Positions 62,050 through 64,000 of a stretch of DNA of 64,000 nt are shown here, piece by piece. The position numbers were made by a program, and so were the translations under genes. Positions within the stretch are counted from its first letter, which is position 1. Each line of letters begins with the position of its first letter. Below the pieces are notes generated by a model that was not told the DNA's origin, made no database searches, and worked only from the letters and a program-made list of their open reading frames with translations. This stretch comes from the human T2T-CHM13v2.0 reference genome, Homo sapiens: NCBI RefSeq assembly GCF_009914755.1, contig NC_060946.1; one strand, given 5' to 3'.

Positions 62050-63900
62050 ACGAAAAATATCAAAGTACCCAAAGCATGTATTATATACTGTACCTAAAAT
62101 ATGAAAGTACATCAAATATATATTTTATTCTGTACATAAAATATCAAAGTACACCAGATATATATTCTATAGTGTACATAAAATATCAAAGTACCCAAAC
62201 TATACATTATATACTGTACATAAAATATGAAATTACATCAAATATATTTTATATTAGGTACATAAAATATGAAAGTACATAAAATATAGATTATATACTG
62301 TACATTAAATACCAAAGTTCCCCAAATATATATTTTATACTGTACATGAAATATCAAAGTTCACAAACTATATATTATATACTGTACATATAATATCAAA
62401 GAACCCAAGGTATATATTCTATACTGTACAAAAAATAACAAAGTACCAAAAGCATGTGTAATATACTGTACATAAAATTTGAAAGTACATCAAATATATA
62501 TTTTATTCTGTACATAAAATATCAAAGTACACCAGATATATATTCTATAGTGTACATAAAATAACAAAGTACCCAAACTATACATTATATACTCTAAATA
62601 AAATATGAAATTACATCAAATATATTTTATATTAGGTACATAAAATATGAAAGTACATCAAATATATATTTTATTCTGTACATAAAATATCAAAGTACAC
62701 CAGATATATATTCTATAGTGTACATAAAATATCAAAGTACCCAAACTATACATTATATACTGTACATAAAATATGAAATTATATCAAATATATTTTATAT
62801 TAGGTACATAAAATATGAAAGTACATCAAATATAGATTATATACTGTACATTATATACCAAAGTACCCCAAATATATATTTTATACTGTACATGAAATAT
62901 CAAAGTTCACAAACTATATATTATATACTGTACATATAATATCAAAGAACCCAAGTTATATATTCTATACTGTACAAAAAATAACAAAGTACCAAAAGCA
63001 TGTATTATATACTGTACCTAAAATATGAAAGTACATCAAATATATATTTTATTCTGTACATAAAATATCAAAGTACACCAGATATATATTCTATAGTGTA
63101 CATAAAATATCAAAGTACCCAAACTATACATTATATACTGTACATAAAATATGAAATAACATCAAATATATTTTATATTAGGTACATAAAATATGAAAGT
63201 ACATGAAATATAGATTATATACTGTACATAAAATATCAAGGTACCCCAAATATATATTATATACTCTACATGAAATATCAAAGTTCACAAACTATATATT
63301 ATATACTGTACATAAAATATCAAAGTACCCAAGGTATATATTCTATACTGTACAAAAAATAACAAAGTACCAAAAGCATGTATAATATACTGTACATAAA
63401 ATATGAAAGTACATCAAATATATATTTTATTCTGTACATAAAATATCAAAGTACACCAGATATATATTCTATAGTGTACATAAAATATCAAAGTACCCAA
63501 ACTATACATTATATACTGTAAATAAAATATGAAATTACATCAAATATATTTTATATTAGGTACATAAAATATGAAAGTACATCAAATATATATTTTATTC
63601 TGTACATAAAATATCAAAGTACACCAGATATATATTCTATAGTGTACATAAAATATCAAAGTACCCAAACTATACATTATATACTGTACATAAAATATGA
63701 AATTACATCAAATATATTTTATATTAGGTACATAAAATATGAAAGTACATCAAATATAGATTATATACAGTACATTAAATACCAAAGTACCCCAAATATA
63801 TATTTTATACTGTACATGAAATATCAAAGTTCACAAACTATATATTATATACTGTACATATAATATCAAAGTACCCAAGGTATATATTCTATACTGTACA
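62050..63900 (+). repeat. 924-bp (22-monomer) diverged tandem duplication
   Basis: ORF starts 62718/63642 and ends 62282/63206, 62939/63863 are offset by 924, with the same monomer order (9-mer plus 13-mer). The copies differ by several substitutions. Confidence 0.7.
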
Positions 63901-64000
63901 AAAAATATCAAAGTACCCAAAGCATGCATTATATACTGTATATAAAATATGAAAATACATTAAATATATATTTTATTCTGTACATAAAATATCAAAGTAC

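Larger units (their letters stand above)
1..64000 (+). repeat. HSat1A (SAR, classical human satellite I) tandem array: 42-bp monomer organised as a 378-bp 9-mer higher-order repeat; extends beyond both window edges
   Basis: Seen: continuous 42-bp periodicity (14-residue period in the ORF track), alternating 17-bp ACATAAAATAT(C/G)AAAGT and 25-bp units delimited by GTAC, and nine monomer types recurring in fixed order every 378 bp. Known: the 17+25-bp RsaI structure and the 378-bp 9-mer are the described hallmarks of satellite I/HSat1A. Species and chromosome cannot be fixed from this window alone. Confidence 0.96.

Noticed and set aside
1-64000. CRISPR-like look: near-constant 17-bp part alternating with a more variable 25-bp part
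   Set aside because: The 25-bp parts are homologous to each other and cycle through nine types rather than being unique spacers. There are no cas genes and no leader.
1-64000. TATA-like and AATAAA motifs as promoters or polyadenylation signals
   Set aside because: Such motifs are expected by chance in ~78% AT repeat DNA, and there is no gene context.
1-64000. Alpha satellite/CENP-B boxes, HSat1B (DYZ2), HSat2/3, telomeric repeats
   Set aside because: I saw no 171-bp period, CENP-B box, Alu-derived ~2.4-kb unit, CATTC/GGAAT repeat or TTAGGG array.
1-64000. Embedded transposon, unique island or strand inversion
   Set aside because: Reading through the window I found no non-satellite stretch and no switch to the T-rich orientation. 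The + strand ORF pattern is the same from start to end. A very short insertion could have been missed by eye.
1-64000. A novel encoded biological system (e.g. monomer order acting as a code, or a programmed cassette system)
   Set aside because: The variation is explained by nested tandem duplication, in-register deletion and point mutation in a known satellite family. Nothing in the sequence supports programmed function.

Overview
The whole 64 kb window is one uninterrupted, single-orientation, AT-rich (roughly 20-25% GC, judged from the monomers) tandem satellite array. The monomer is 42 bp, made of a 17-bp part (ACATAAAATAT[C/G]AAAGT) and a 25-bp part (e.g. ACCCAAACTATATATTATATACTGT) separated by GTAC/RsaI sites. 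Nine diverged monomers form a 378-bp higher-order unit. This matches human/great-ape classical satellite I, i.e. HSat1A (SAR), a pericentromeric and acrocentric short-arm heterochromatin satellite. I see no genes, RNA genes, transposon insertions, inversions or CRISPR arrays, and all listed ORFs are artefacts of a repeat whose length is divisible by 3. I found no support for a new gene-based system. The informative signal is the nested repeat architecture: 17+25 bp, 42 bp, 378/373 bp, 919/924 bp, then kb-scale blocks. The left domain (1 to ~37.8 kb) holds three differently deleted copies of an inferred ~16.2-kb macro-unit. A transition zone follows, then a right domain with three copies of a 5,386-bp unit. 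Most rearrangements keep monomer register, and many slip by exactly four monomers (168 bp), which points to a hidden 4+5 substructure in the 9-mer. Offsets come from the ORF track coordinates and from marker variants read by eye; block boundaries are approximate.
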